Counted from the stretch's first letter, positions 1 to 9,879 are shown. The stretch: DNA of 64,000 nt from Sedimentisphaerales bacterium (GCA_963708075.1 OY970194.1:3296001-3360000); one strand, 5' to 3'. Numbers and translations are program-made. Notes: generated from the sequence alone by a model not told the origin.

Positions 1-11
1 GGAGTGAGAAG

Positions 12-884
12 ATGGTAACGCCAGGTGAGTGGAGTCAGATACGGATGTTGGCCTTGCTCGTGCTGTGGACAGCGGCTGGGGCGGCAGCCGGCGAGGCAAC
101 AAGCCCTCGTGCCGAGGCGGACGTTTCGCTCGATCCGGCCGCTATCTTCAGCCGGATCATGAGGAGCAATGCCGAGAAGGCCGCGCAAGCCGAGCGTTCA
201 CTGCCCGGCGATGTCACGCGCAAGCTCTGGCGCAACCGGGTGTCGGTGCCCGAGCAGAGCGACAACGCACAGGCTCAGATCGCCCTGGACGATCTGGTTC
301 GCAAGATCAGGTCCATGAAGTTCCAGGCCAGGGAGCAGGAACCGCCCGCTGCGGCCGCGTTTGTGGTGCCGGAACCCGTCACAAGCCATCTCGAGGCCCC
401 ATCTGCTCAGAAGCCGGTATTGAAACAGGCAGCTCCTCTGGCCCCCACGGGGTCTGTCGCGCCCGAAAGGCCATTGCCTGCGGAAGCGGCGGAGGCCCTC
501 AAGCGTGTGCTGGCCGACCCGAACCAGGTGAGTGATCCGCAGGAACTGGCGGAGTTGCTGTATCTGACCGGCAAGTTCGTCGAGGCAGCCGTTCTGTACC
601 AGAAGGCTCTTGATCTTACGAGCGACAAGGAGCCTGCGGCACGTGTCGACCGGGCCTGGATGCTCCTGCAACTCGGCAATTGCCTGCGGGATACGGACCC
701 GGCCAGAGCCAGGGACGCGTACGCGAAGGTGATTGCGGAACACGCGGACTGCCCCTGGGTGGAACTCGCCAAAGCACACAGCCAGTTCATCACCTGGTAC
801 GAGCAGGTTCAGCCCCGCCAGTGGGTCGCCGGGCAGGAATCGCCGCCCAAGCAGGTGGCCGCATCGCAGAAACCTACGCCTTGA
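12..884 (+). CDS. Secreted/periplasmic tetratricopeptide-repeat protein
   Basis: Hydrophobic N-terminal signal-like segment (LALLVLWTAAGAAA), Pro/Ala linker, TPR-like helices (LAELLYLTGKFVEAAVLYQKAL; LLQLGNCL..ARDAYAKVI). Confidence 0.65.
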   Translation: MVTPGEWSQIRMLALLVLWTAAGAAAGEATSPRAEADVSLDPAAIFSRIMRSNAEKAAQAERSLPGDVTRKLWRNRVSVPEQSDNAQAQIALDDLVRKIRSMKFQAREQEPPAAAAFVVPEPVTSHLEAPSAQKPVLKQAAPLAPTGSVAPERPLPAEAAEALKRVLADPNQVSDPQELAELLYLTGKFVEAAVLYQKALDLTSDKEPAARVDRAWMLLQLGNCLRDTDPARARDAYAKVIAEHADCPWVELAKAHSQFITWYEQVQPRQWVAGQESPPKQVAASQKPTP

Positions 885-887
885 TTC

Positions 888-2447
888 GTGGAACGGGAGA
901 CATCGATTGTGAGCAGGACCTCCGTAGAGAACCGAGACAGAATTCAGCAGCGAGCGAACATCGCCACAGTGCTGATCGTTGATGACGAGCCCGAGACGAT
1001 CCGCCTCATGCTCGAGATCCTCGCCCGCAAGGGTATCGGCGCCCAATTGGCCGGCGACCGCCGGGCGGCCATTGAAACGCTCGACAGGAATGGTTGCGAT
1101 CTCGCCTTCCTCAGCACGCGGCTCGGCCGCGACTCAGGACAGCCGAACACCCTTGAGCTTATCCGTGAAATCCAGTCTCGCTCACCTGAAATCCCGATCA
1201 TTGTGATGGCGCGCTCCAGCGAGGAAGGCGGCGCGGACCTGCTCCACTGCGGCACGCAGGCGGCCGTTCAAGCCGTTCGTGCCGGCTGCCGCGATTTCCT
1301 CCTCAAGCCGCTGGAGCGAGAGGCTGTGGAGCGGCTGCTTGAAGCGTTGTTGCCGAACCGTCCCGTGGCGACCGCCGATTCCGCCCAGGAGGCAAACCAC
1401 TGTCTCTACCAGATCGTCGGCCGCAGTCCCGAGCTGATGCGGACCGTCGTGCTGGCCGAGCGGATCGCCCCTACCTCGGTGCCGGTCCTGGTCAGCGGTG
1501 AGAGCGGCACGGGCAAGGAGCTCATCGCCCTGCTGCTCCATCACAAGAGCCGGCGGGCGCTGGGCCCCTTCGTGCGGGTCAACTGCGCCGCCTTGAGCGA
1601 CACGCTGCTCGAAAGCGAGCTGTTCGGACATGAGAAGGGTGCGTTCACCGGCGCCTACACGCAGCACAAGGGCCGCTTCGAGATGGCACATGGTGGAACG
1701 CTCCTGCTCGACGAGATCAGTGAGACGCCGTTGCACTTCCAGGCCAAGCTGCTGCGCATCCTGGAGCAGCAGGAATTCGAGCGGGTCGGCGGGAACGAGA
1801 ACATCCGGGTGAATGTTCGCGTCATCAGCACGACGAACCGCGACCTTGTCCAGGAGGTCCAGGCGGGCCGGTTCCGTGCGGACTTGTACTACCGCCTCAG
1901 CACCGCCAGGATCGTCATGGCGCCTCTTCGCGAGCGTCGTGAGGACTTGCCCGAACTCGTGTGGCACTTCGTCAATCTGTATGCCCGCGAGGCCTCGCGA
2001 TGCATTACTGAACTCGATCCGGCGACGATGGACATTTTTGCGAAGTACCCCTGGCCCGGCAACGTTCGGCAGTTGCGAAACGTGGTGCTGACCTCGCTGA
2101 TCCTGGGCGTCGGCCCGACGTTGTCCCTGGCGGATGTCTCCTGGCTCTTCGATGAGTTGCAGCCCCTGACGCAGCACCCCACCCACTGCGGATTGCGGAT
2201 TGCGGATTGCGGACTGACGAAGGGCGCCGAATCGAATCCACAATCCGATATCAGCCATCCGAAATCCGAGATGGCCGTCGGAGGCCGATTGCTGGCGGAC
2301 CTGGAGCGGCAGGCGATTCTCGAAACCCTTCGCCAAACCTCGGGCAACCAGACGAAAGCCGCCAAGGTCTTAGGCATCAGCGACCGCACGTTGCGGGAGA
2401 AGATGCGGCGTTACCGCGGGCAGCAGTGTCTTCAGCCGGTGCCCTGA
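888..2447 (+). CDS. Sigma-54-dependent transcriptional activator (NtrC family; receiver-like, AAA+ and Fis-type HTH domains), probable flagellar regulator
   Basis: Walker A GESGTGKE, GAFTGA, LLDE, FRADLYYRL, WPGNVRQL, C-terminal GNQTKAAKVLGISDRTL; lies directly upstream of fliL. Confidence 0.92.
   Translation: MERETSIVSRTSVENRDRIQQRANIATVLIVDDEPETIRLMLEILARKGIGAQLAGDRRAAIETLDRNGCDLAFLSTRLGRDSGQPNTLELIREIQSRSPEIPIIVMARSSEEGGADLLHCGTQAAVQAVRAGCRDFLLKPLEREAVERLLEALLPNRPVATADSAQEANHCLYQIVGRSPELMRTVVLAERIAPTSVPVLVSGESGTGKELIALLLHHKSRRALGPFVRVNCAALSDTLLESELFGHEKGAFTGAYTQHKGRFEMAHGGTLLLDEISETPLHFQAKLLRILEQQEFERVGGNENIRVNVRVISTTNRDLVQEVQAGRFRADLYYRLSTARIVMAPLRERREDLPELVWHFVNLYAREASRCITELDPATMDIFAKYPWPGNVRQLRNVVLTSLILGVGPTLSLADVSWLFDELQPLTQHPTHCGLRIADCGLTKGAESNPQSDISHPKSEMAVGGRLLADLERQAILETLRQTSGNQTKAAKVLGISDRTLREKMRRYRGQQCLQPVP
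2185..2272. repeat. Heptamer-period inverted repeat in frame within the activator gene
   Basis: actgcgg-(attgcgg)x3-actg, spacer, then degenerate (aatccgc)-type units; encodes HCGLRIADCGL...NPQSDISHPKS. Confidence 0.85.
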
Positions 2448-2478
2448 CCACAGAACTTCAAGATCACGGAGAACAGGC

Positions 2479-3066
2479 ATGGCCGACAAACCGAATGACG
2501 TAAAGGAGCAGAGCAGCCCTCCGCCGGTTCCACTGCCGGAGGCGGCGCCGGCCCGGAGCGTGCAGGGTAAGATCACGCCGTGGCTGATCACCGCATTGAC
2601 GGTCCTCGTCTGTGCCGGGGCCGGCTTTGCCGTCGCCCGGATGTTCGGCGCCGGGGGCAAGGCTCAGACCGCTTCGGCGGCCACGGAGACGGGCCGTGAG
2701 GAAAAATCACACGGAAAATCCAAAACACAATCGGAGAACGGCGAGCCCTGGTTCTACGATATCGAGCCCATCGTCGCCAACCTGAACGAGCCCGGGGTCA
2801 CCCGGTACGTCCGGGTCGCCCTGACCCTCGAGGTGGGCAACGGGATGGAGGCGACTGAAGGAAAGGAATTCCTGGACCAGAAGAAACCGCTTCTAAAGCA
2901 CTGGCTGACCCTGTACTTATCCAACCAGACCCTGGAGGGCATCCGGGGAGAGAAGAACCTGCGGCAGGTGCAGACGCAGATAACGGACGCGTTGAACCAG
3001 GGCCTGTTCCCCAACGACAAGCCCCGAATTGTGGGCGTGCTGTTCAAGGAGCTGTCGATCCAATGA
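2479..3066 (+). CDS. fliL: Flagellar basal body-associated protein FliL
   Basis: Single N-terminal TM, IVANLNEPGVTRYVRV motif, C-terminal IVGVLFKELSIQ; immediately upstream of fliM. Confidence 0.85.
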   Translation: MADKPNDVKEQSSPPPVPLPEAAPARSVQGKITPWLITALTVLVCAGAGFAVARMFGAGGKAQTASAATETGREEKSHGKSKTQSENGEPWFYDIEPIVANLNEPGVTRYVRVALTLEVGNGMEATEGKEFLDQKKPLLKHWLTLYLSNQTLEGIRGEKNLRQVQTQITDALNQGLFPNDKPRIVGVLFKELSIQ

Positions 3067-4052
3067 GTCGCCTGCCCGCCCATCTGAACAGCTCGAATTC
3101 GCGCCGGCTCCTGGCGGCCGTGGGGTCGGACCACGCCGCAGATGTAATACCGACAGAGGCCGCGAAGTATGACTGGCACAGCCCGCACTACTTCAATGAG
3201 GATCAGTACAATCGGCTCGCCGCCGTGATGAGCCAGGTGGCCGCCGCCATTGGAGCGGGATTCAGCCGCTTTTTCAACAAGGAGTTGGCCGTTGCCCCTG
3301 CGTCCATCGCACAGCACTTTGCCGGGCCCCTTCGCGACCTTGGGATCGCCGAGGGCCGGTACTACCTGATGATCACAGCGGGCAAGGACAAGGTCTGTGG
3401 CTTCCTGAGCCTCACCACCGAGACAGCCCTGCGATGGGTCAAGCGGTTGCTCGGTGACGCAGGATCGGACACGAACCCGAACCAGGCTCTTTCCGCCCTG
3501 GAGGAATCGCTCCTGACCGATCTGCTGTCGGCGGTAACGGAGACCTTCCTGTCGTCGCTGCGAGCCCACCAGGAACTGCGTGCCGGTGACCGTCTGATCA
3601 GGGATGAGCCGGCGGTGCGGTTCGAGCAGGCCCAGGAAATCTGTATGATTGTCTTTGCCGTTACGGATGGAGAGTCGAGCGGGAAAGATGATCTGCTCTT
3701 CCTGCTGCCCTGCAGCGTGCTCGCCCCGCTGGTAGGCAAGGCCCGCCAAGCTGCGCAGCAGACCTCTCCCGAGGAATTGTCACGCACGCTGACGGAGCAC
3801 GTCCAGCAGATGCCGATCAGCATCACTGCAAGGCTGGCCTCTACGACGCTCAGCTTTGAAGAGCTTCTCGAACTCAGCAGAGATGACATCCTGCTGCTGG
3901 ACAAGTCCCTCGACGAGCCCATCGAACTACTCGTGGAGGACAGGATCGTCTTTCGTGGGCGTCCCGCGCGGTCCAACGGGCGGCGCGTCGTGGTGATTAC
4001 ACAGTCGACGGGTGCTCCCGTGCAAAAGGCAGTGAAAACGGCCGCGAATTGA
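3063..4052 (+). CDS. fliM: Flagellar motor switch protein FliM (divergent)
   Basis: YDWHSPHYFNEDQ resembles the FliM YDFxxP motif; LSALEE segment; C-terminal SpoA domain; ATGA overlap with fliL. Confidence 0.78.
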   Translation: MSRLPAHLNSSNSRRLLAAVGSDHAADVIPTEAAKYDWHSPHYFNEDQYNRLAAVMSQVAAAIGAGFSRFFNKELAVAPASIAQHFAGPLRDLGIAEGRYYLMITAGKDKVCGFLSLTTETALRWVKRLLGDAGSDTNPNQALSALEESLLTDLLSAVTETFLSSLRAHQELRAGDRLIRDEPAVRFEQAQEICMIVFAVTDGESSGKDDLLFLLPCSVLAPLVGKARQAAQQTSPEELSRTLTEHVQQMPISITARLASTTLSFEELLELSRDDILLLDKSLDEPIELLVEDRIVFRGRPARSNGRRVVVITQSTGAPVQKAVKTAAN

Positions 4053-4074
4053 GCCGGAGAAAGGATACGCGATT

Positions 4075-4470
4075 ATGCCCGAAGTGATACAGGCTCCGAT
4101 CGACAATGAGACACAGCAGGCATGGAACACCGCATCGCCCGGCGGCGAGGCCGCGACCCGGGCTCACCCGGTCGAGTATCCGGAAGCGCCGCAGGATGCC
4201 CCGGCCGGTCCGGGCGGGCAGATCGATATCCTGCTCGACATGGACGTCCCCGTGACCGTCGTCCTTGGCGCCACGCGAGTTCCCGTCCGGCGACTTCTCC
4301 AGCTCGGGCCCGGCTCTGTCCTGAAGCTCGACAAGCCTGTTGAGGCTCCGGCGGAATTGTTTCTCAAGGATTCCAAGTTCGGCGAAGCCGAGGTAGTCGT
4401 GGTGGACAACCGCTTCGCGGTACGCATTACACAGATTGTCAAGGCCGGCACTGCAGGCAGTCCGGCATAG
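4075..4470 (+). CDS. fliN: Flagellar motor switch protein FliN
   Basis: IDILLDMDVPVTVVLG...LGPGSVLKLDK...EVVVVDNRFAVRIT, a SpoA domain. Confidence 0.88.
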   Translation: MPEVIQAPIDNETQQAWNTASPGGEAATRAHPVEYPEAPQDAPAGPGGQIDILLDMDVPVTVVLGATRVPVRRLLQLGPGSVLKLDKPVEAPAELFLKDSKFGEAEVVVVDNRFAVRITQIVKAGTAGSPA

Positions 4471-4512
4471 AATCAAGAGATCCGATGGGTCCTATGTTTA
4501 CCACAGGAGATT

Positions 4513-6666
4513 ATGGCTTCTAATCAGGCGATGACATCCAGCTTGCCGGCCGCGGACGATGGGCTGCTCACGACCCCGCTGGGCTCGTACAGCAACATCG
4601 TGCTGGTGATCGGACTGGTTGCCATCCTGGGCACGTTGATCATCCCCCTGCCGACACCCCTGCTGGACATGCTGTTGGCCTGCAGCATTTCCATGGCCAT
4701 CGCGGTGCTCGTCATCACTTTATCTTCGCGCGAGTCGCTGGAGCTGTCCACCTTCCCGTCCATGCTGCTGTTCGCGACGCTCTTTCGGCTCTCGCTGAAC
4801 GTGGCCTCGACGCGATTGATCCTGCTGCAGGGCGACGCCGGCAAGATCATCCAGACATTCGGCCAGTTCGTCGCCGGCGGCAGTCTCGTCGTCGGCATGG
4901 TCATCTTCCTGATCCTCGTGATCATTCAGTTCATCGTGATCACGAAAGGCGCCGAGCGAATCAGCGAAGTGGCAGCGAGATTCACCCTCGACGCCATGCC
5001 CGGCAAGCAGATGGCCATCGACGCGGACCTCAATGCCGGGATGATCACCGAGACGCAGGCCAATGAACGGCGATCCAAAATCGTCAAGGAAAGCGAGTTC
5101 TACGGCGCCATGGACGGTGCCAGCAAGTTCATCCGGGGCGACGCCAAGGCGGGTCTGGTCATCACAGCCGTCAATCTCGTCGGCGGCATCGCCATGGGCT
5201 ACGCGCGAGGCATGACGATCACCAACGCCATCCAGACGTATTCCATCCTGTCCATCGGCGACGGCCTGGTCAGCCAGATCCCCTCCGTGATCATCTCCAT
5301 CAGCTCCGGCTTCCTCGTGACGAAGATCTCCTCCAGTCACAGCGTCGGCCAGGACCTCGCCAAGCAGTTCCTGCGGACCTCGCAACCGTTGATGACGGCG
5401 GCGTGTATCATCGCGGCCATGGCCTTCGTCCCCGGCATGCCCAAGGTCCAGTTCCTCATGCTCGCCGCAGGCACGGCGTTATTCGCCAAGGCGACGGCCA
5501 AGACGGAGAAGGCCCAATCGAAGGCCGCCCCGGTATCCATGAAGAAGACAGAGAAGGAGCCCGTGGAGGACCTGCTCGATATCGACCGCATCTCCGTTCA
5601 CGTGGGCGTTCGCCTGATCGGCATGGTCGATCCGCGAAAGACCAATACGATCTTTGACCGCATCGGAGCGTTGAGGCGTCAGTTCGCGCAACAATTCGGC
5701 ATCGTCGTTCCGCTGGTCCGGCTGCGAGACGATCTGAACATCGAGCCGAACGGCTACGAGATCCGACTCAGCGAAATGCCCGTGGCAAAAGGATCGCTGG
5801 AGCCCGACATGTTCCTCGCCATGGACTCGGGCGTGGTTCAGCAGAAGGTCAGCGGGATCAAGACGACCGAGCCCGTGTACGGCCTGCCGGCGCTGTGGAT
5901 TGCCGGCGATAAGAAGGAGGCGGCGGAGCTGAACGGCTATACCGTCATCGATCCGGAGTCCGTCTTCATCACGCACCTGTCGGAAACGCTCAAGAGACAT
6001 GCTGATGAGTTGCTCACCCGCGAGGATGTTCAGCTTCTCATCGACCGGCTCCGCAAGAACCAGCCGTCGCTCGTCGGGGAGATGATCGGGGCGGAGAGCC
6101 CTGTCTCTGTCGGCCTGCTCCAGCGCGTCCTGAAAAACCTGCTCAGGAGCGGCATTGCGATTCGGGAACTGACCACTATCCTCGAAGCCCTCGCGGAGCA
6201 CGCGCCGAAGACCAAGAACCCCATCATGCTGACAGAGATGGTCCGCAAGTCGCTCAGCCGCACGATCACGGAGCAGTACAAGGACGAGGCGAGTAAGGTC
6301 TCCGCCATCACGTTTGACCCGGCGTTTGAGCATCGGATGGTCGCCGCGCTTCGCCAGGAAAGTGGAGAGCTGATCCTGGGGGTCCCGGCCGAGACCGCCC
6401 TGGAGTTGAATCGGAAGGTGGCCGCCGCGTGGAGAGCCGCCATGGATCAGAGCAAAGACAAAGTTGTCCTGTTGTGTGACGCCCGGCTGCGGGCGCCGCT
6501 GGCCCAGATGCTGGCCCGCACGCTTCAGATGCTGCCCATCGTTGCGTACGACGAGATCATCCTGGGGACACAGCTCGTGCCGATCGAGACCATCTCCATC
6601 CAGCAGGACGAGCTGGAGACAACGAACGGACGCGAACAGCTCGTCATGGCATCAGCGGGAGTATGA
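4513..6666 (+). CDS. flhA: Flagellar type III export gate protein FlhA (FHIPEP family)
   Basis: FRLSLNVASTR, EVAARFTLDAMPGKQMAIDADL, FYGAMDGASKFIRGDA, IGDGLVSQIP. Confidence 0.95.
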   Translation: MASNQAMTSSLPAADDGLLTTPLGSYSNIVLVIGLVAILGTLIIPLPTPLLDMLLACSISMAIAVLVITLSSRESLELSTFPSMLLFATLFRLSLNVASTRLILLQGDAGKIIQTFGQFVAGGSLVVGMVIFLILVIIQFIVITKGAERISEVAARFTLDAMPGKQMAIDADLNAGMITETQANERRSKIVKESEFYGAMDGASKFIRGDAKAGLVITAVNLVGGIAMGYARGMTITNAIQTYSILSIGDGLVSQIPSVIISISSGFLVTKISSSHSVGQDLAKQFLRTSQPLMTAACIIAAMAFVPGMPKVQFLMLAAGTALFAKATAKTEKAQSKAAPVSMKKTEKEPVEDLLDIDRISVHVGVRLIGMVDPRKTNTIFDRIGALRRQFAQQFGIVVPLVRLRDDLNIEPNGYEIRLSEMPVAKGSLEPDMFLAMDSGVVQQKVSGIKTTEPVYGLPALWIAGDKKEAAELNGYTVIDPESVFITHLSETLKRHADELLTREDVQLLIDRLRKNQPSLVGEMIGAESPVSVGLLQRVLKNLLRSGIAIRELTTILEALAEHAPKTKNPIMLTEMVRKSLSRTITEQYKDEASKVSAITFDPAFEHRMVAALRQESGELILGVPAETALELNRKVAAAWRAAMDQSKDKVVLLCDARLRAPLAQMLARTLQMLPIVAYDEIILGTQLVPIETISIQQDELETTNGREQLVMASAGV

Positions 6667-6710
6667 CGCAGTATGAGTATTCTGTCACAGACTAGACGGT
6701 GGACCATGAT

Positions 6711-6791
6711 GGGTGGCAGCGGCAAGCGCGAGCTTGCCGATGGTTCGCCCATCCGCCATTGGCAAGGCCGTCGTCTTTGCCGCTGCCACCC
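6711..6791. repeat. REP-like inverted doublet (GGGTGGCAGCGGCAAG family)
   Basis: gggtggcagcggcaagc-gcga-gcttgccgatgg followed by an inverted copy ending tttgccgctgccaccc; related copies at 31080 and 43334. Confidence 0.8.
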
Positions 6792-6796
6792 AGACC

Positions 6797-6826
6797 GGGC
6801 GCCGTGCTTACGCTTGCGTAAGCATG
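6797..6826. repeat. Second REP-like palindrome adjoining the doublet
   Basis: gggcgcc-gtgcttacgc-tt-gcgtaagcat hairpin. Confidence 0.55.
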
Positions 6827-6899
6827 CTCTCTCCACAAGACTCCAGGCGACACCCGCACAGACGTGGATGCGGCGGCCGGAACGGGGAGGAGAATAACT

Positions 6900-7136
6900 A
6901 TGCTGCACGTGCGGTCCATTGCAGTGAGCAGCGCGGTTGTCTGCATGTTCGCTGTCGCGATCGTGGGATCGATCAGCGGCCTTTCGCCATGGGCATGTTG
7001 CGAGAGGGCGCTATTGGCGGGAGCGATCATCTATTTCGCCGCCGGTACTGCTGTGCGGGCGATAAATGCAATCCTGGTACAGGCGATCGTTGACAGCCAG
7101 GTCAACAAGGAACGGACCCGTGAAGGACAGACTTGA
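6900..7136 (+). CDS. Small two-TM membrane protein of unknown function
   Basis: GGAGGAG RBS before ATG 6900; two hydrophobic helices; overlaps the fliA start. Confidence 0.7.
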   Translation: MLHVRSIAVSSAVVCMFAVAIVGSISGLSPWACCERALLAGAIIYFAAGTAVRAINAILVQAIVDSQVNKERTREGQT

Positions 7137-7944
7137 TAATGTGTCCGAGGCGGCAGGCAAGGCCACGGTAGAGCACGAGGCCGGCCACAGCAGGCATTTG
7201 AAAGCCGTGGCGGCCCGCACGTACCGCGGGCACAAGAGCCGCTGCATCAGCGACGAGGAAATCCTCAAGCTGCTGCCGATGGTCCGCAAGATCGCACGTC
7301 GCGCGGTCAGCTACATCCGGCCGCCCCTGTCCCTGGACGACCTGGTCTCGGCCGGGACGATCGGACTGCTCAAAGCCGCACGCGACTTCGATCCGTCCCA
7401 CCAGGCGGAGTTCAAGACCTACGCGTACATCCGGATCAAAGGGGCCGTGCTCGATGAGTTGCGAAGGGCCTCCCTGCTGCCATCCGGCGTGGGCAAGCAG
7501 GTTCGCCAGGTGCAGGAGCTCAGCCGCAGGATCGCCGAGGAGACCGGCAGCCTGCCCACCGACGAGGAGTTGGCCCGCAGGCTCAATGTCCCCGTCGAAG
7601 AAGTGTACGAGCTGTTCGAGAGCGCCAGGGCCCAGCACTTCGTGTCCATCGATGGGCTTACCGACGAGCAGCCGGCGCTGGGCGACGTCCTGGCGGCGGC
7701 AGATACCGCCGCCCCGGAAAGCCGGCTGGAACGCGCCGAGTTGCTCGATCAGTTGACCGAGGCCATGCAGGAACTCGATCAGCGAAGGCTGCAGGTCATC
7801 GTGTTGTATTATCATCAGCAGTTGACCATGAAGCAGATTGCCACCTTGCTTGACATCACCGAATCCCGCGTCAGTCAATTGCACGCGAGTGCACTTTTCA
7901 CTCTCTCTGTGAAATTGGAGCAATGGAAAGATGGCGGATTCTGA
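7120..7944 (+). CDS. fliA: RNA polymerase sigma-28 factor (FliA/WhiG family)
   Basis: DDLVSAGTIGLLKAARDFD, FKTYAYIRIKGAVLDELR, LTMKQIATLLDITESRVSQLH; probable GTG start at 7120 (ORF open from 7066). Confidence 0.92.
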   Translation: MKDRLDNVSEAAGKATVEHEAGHSRHLKAVAARTYRGHKSRCISDEEILKLLPMVRKIARRAVSYIRPPLSLDDLVSAGTIGLLKAARDFDPSHQAEFKTYAYIRIKGAVLDELRRASLLPSGVGKQVRQVQELSRRIAEETGSLPTDEELARRLNVPVEEVYELFESARAQHFVSIDGLTDEQPALGDVLAAADTAAPESRLERAELLDQLTEAMQELDQRRLQVIVLYYHQQLTMKQIATLLDITESRVSQLHASALFTLSVKLEQWKDGGF

Positions 7945-8137
7945 TTTCAACTTCATCCCACCGGTGGAACACCTTCACAACGTCCCTGGTCTGACCCCGG
8001 CCAAAGAGCGGGAGGAGCGCAAGCGCCGTCCGCGTTCCCCGGCCGGCAAGCGCGAGCCGGTCCAGCAGGACAAAGACAAGGAAAACCATCAGAAGTCAGG
8101 CGACGGCGAGTCTCATTCGATTGACTATTGCGCGTGA
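7931..8137 (+). CDS. Small charged hypothetical protein ending in IDYCA
   Basis: Overlaps the fliA stop; basic/charged middle; C-terminal IDxxA motif. Confidence 0.6.
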   Translation: MADSDFNFIPPVEHLHNVPGLTPAKEREERKRRPRSPAGKREPVQQDKDKENHQKSGDGESHSIDYCA

Positions 8138-8184
8138 GACCGTAAGATACGACGTGAAGGTCCGGATACGAAAGGTCAAGGGCT

Positions 8185-8421
8185 ATGGGGCACGTACTGA
8201 AGGCGAACCGGGTTCGGCTCGAAGAACCGTTGCGGCTGAGTATCGATGGCACGGGGACGGTGGGACACACCGGCTCACACCGGCCGGGCACGCCGTCGTG
8301 CGTCCGCATCGCCCAGAGCAACGCGGAGTTTGCCGTTCTGGAAGTCACGTGCGCATGCGGCAAGGTAATCCACGTGCGCTGTGACTATGCGGCCGCTTCC
8401 CAGGAGTCTGCACAACCGTGA
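8185..8421 (+). CDS. Small hypothetical protein with LEVTCACG...RCDY motif
   Basis: Fills the gap in the operon; C-terminal Cys cluster. Confidence 0.6.
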   Translation: MGHVLKANRVRLEEPLRLSIDGTGTVGHTGSHRPGTPSCVRIAQSNAEFAVLEVTCACGKVIHVRCDYAAASQESAQP

Positions 8422-8471
8422 TCTATCGGCCGCGACAATATGTGCGATCGAAGAAACGATGGAGAAAGACG

Positions 8472-9062
8472 ATGACCGTAATGGCAAGAAACCTGACGCT
8501 GGTTGTGACAGCCGTGCTGGTGCTGGCAGGGGCGGGCTGTACCTCGCCTCAAAGCGCCACCGGCGCGATCACCGCTGACAATCCGCAAACGTCCGTCGCA
8601 GGCGACACCGCCGCCAAGCGATTCCAGAACACGCCGCCGGGCAGCCGGACGGCCGTCGAATCAGCAATCGAGTTGTCCCAGAAGTACGCCAGCCTGTCCG
8701 ATCAGACAGTGGTGCTGCGGGAAGAAAACCAGCGGCTGAAAACGGAGAATGCGAACCTCCAGCAGCAGGTAGCGAGTCTGGAGGCCCGGCTGAAACAGAC
8801 CCAGAAGGAGTTGAGCGAGGCCAATGATCTGCTCATCGAAATGCTGACCGAACTCAATACCTGGAAGAACAATATTCTTGGCTTCCGGGGGGAGATGCGC
8901 GACGCCGCGAAGGCCCAGTTGGAGGCGCTGCTCAAAGTGCTGGAACTCCTCGGGGGCAAGGTAGAGGCCGACGCACTCGGGCAGACGCATGCGGGCACGC
9001 TCAACCCGGAGCCGAATGGCCCGTCGGTACCGCCGACAGGGGATGTGAACGATGCCCAGTGA
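8472..9062 (+). CDS. Coiled-coil lipoprotein
   Basis: GGAG RBS; lipobox-like VLAGAG-C; long heptad region (LREENQRLKTENANLQQQVASLEARLKQ). Confidence 0.7.
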   Translation: MTVMARNLTLVVTAVLVLAGAGCTSPQSATGAITADNPQTSVAGDTAAKRFQNTPPGSRTAVESAIELSQKYASLSDQTVVLREENQRLKTENANLQQQVASLEARLKQTQKELSEANDLLIEMLTELNTWKNNILGFRGEMRDAAKAQLEALLKVLELLGGKVEADALGQTHAGTLNPEPNGPSVPPTGDVNDAQ

Positions 9063-9741
9063 GCTCCAGCTCGACCTGCGTAAGAGCCTGTGTACCCGGG
9101 TGGGCGTGCCACCGGCGGGACTGGGCTTGGCTGCCTGTCTGCTGCTGAGCCTGTTCTGTGGCTGCGAGTCCCCGTCCAGCGGCATGATGGCCAATTCCTA
9201 CTACCTGAACGCGGCCGAGGACCTGCGGGAGCTCGGCCGGGTGACACTGGTGGAGTTGGACAACACGTCCGCTTATCCCGATATCTCCCACGATGTAACA
9301 AAGGCCCTGTTTCTGGAAGTGCAGAAGAAGCAGGTCTTCAGCGTAGCCACGGTCGGCCGGGATGACCCTGCCTGGCAGGCATTGCAGGAGAACCTGGATT
9401 CGCTGCAGGCCATGCAAACACTGCTGATGATCCGCGAGAAGTTCAAATCCAACGGCCTGCTGGTCGGCACGATCACCGAATACCGGCCGTACCCGCGGCT
9501 CGCCATTGGCCTGCGGCTGAGGTTGATCGACTTGGCGGACGGGCAATTGCTCTGGGGCGTCGAGCAGGTCTGGGACAGCACAGACAGAAACGTGCAGAAG
9601 CGGGTGGGGGCCTATTATCGCAGGGATCGCCGCTCTGATGCCAGCCCCCTGCCCGAGGAACTGGTCGCCGTCAGTTCCCTGGAGTTCGTCAGATTCGCCG
9701 CCTATGAGATCGCCCAGACCCTCGATGGCGAGAAAAAATAG
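9052..9741 (+). CDS. Lipoprotein, probable CsgG/LpoB/FlgO-like alpha/beta fold
   Basis: Lipobox-like LFCG-C; GLLVGTITEY...LRLIDLADGQLLW pattern. Confidence 0.6.
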   Translation: MPSELQLDLRKSLCTRVGVPPAGLGLAACLLLSLFCGCESPSSGMMANSYYLNAAEDLRELGRVTLVELDNTSAYPDISHDVTKALFLEVQKKQVFSVATVGRDDPAWQALQENLDSLQAMQTLLMIREKFKSNGLLVGTITEYRPYPRLAIGLRLRLIDLADGQLLWGVEQVWDSTDRNVQKRVGAYYRRDRRSDASPLPEELVAVSSLEFVRFAAYEIAQTLDGEKK

Positions 9742-9879
9742 CTCGGGCAGACGAGTTTTGCTAGGAAAATGCCCGTTTTCACTACTGGAACCTGTTTTCT
9801 TCGGCAGAAGGCTTAAGTACCTTGAGAATCGAGCGAAAATAATAGTGGATGACAGGCTTTGGTTTGAAGGAATGGGACA

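Noticed and set aside
6673..6897. 74-aa ORF after flhA
   Set aside because: Made up largely of REP-like palindromes; no protein-like features.
9786..9801. Sigma-54 -24/-12 site (TGGAAC...TTCT)
   Set aside because: Lacks the conserved GC at -12.
9814..9840. Sigma-28 promoter (TAAG...GCGAAAA) before the FlgM-like gene
   Set aside because: Only a partial match to TAAA-N15-GCCGATAA with imperfect spacing; plausible from context but not supportable.
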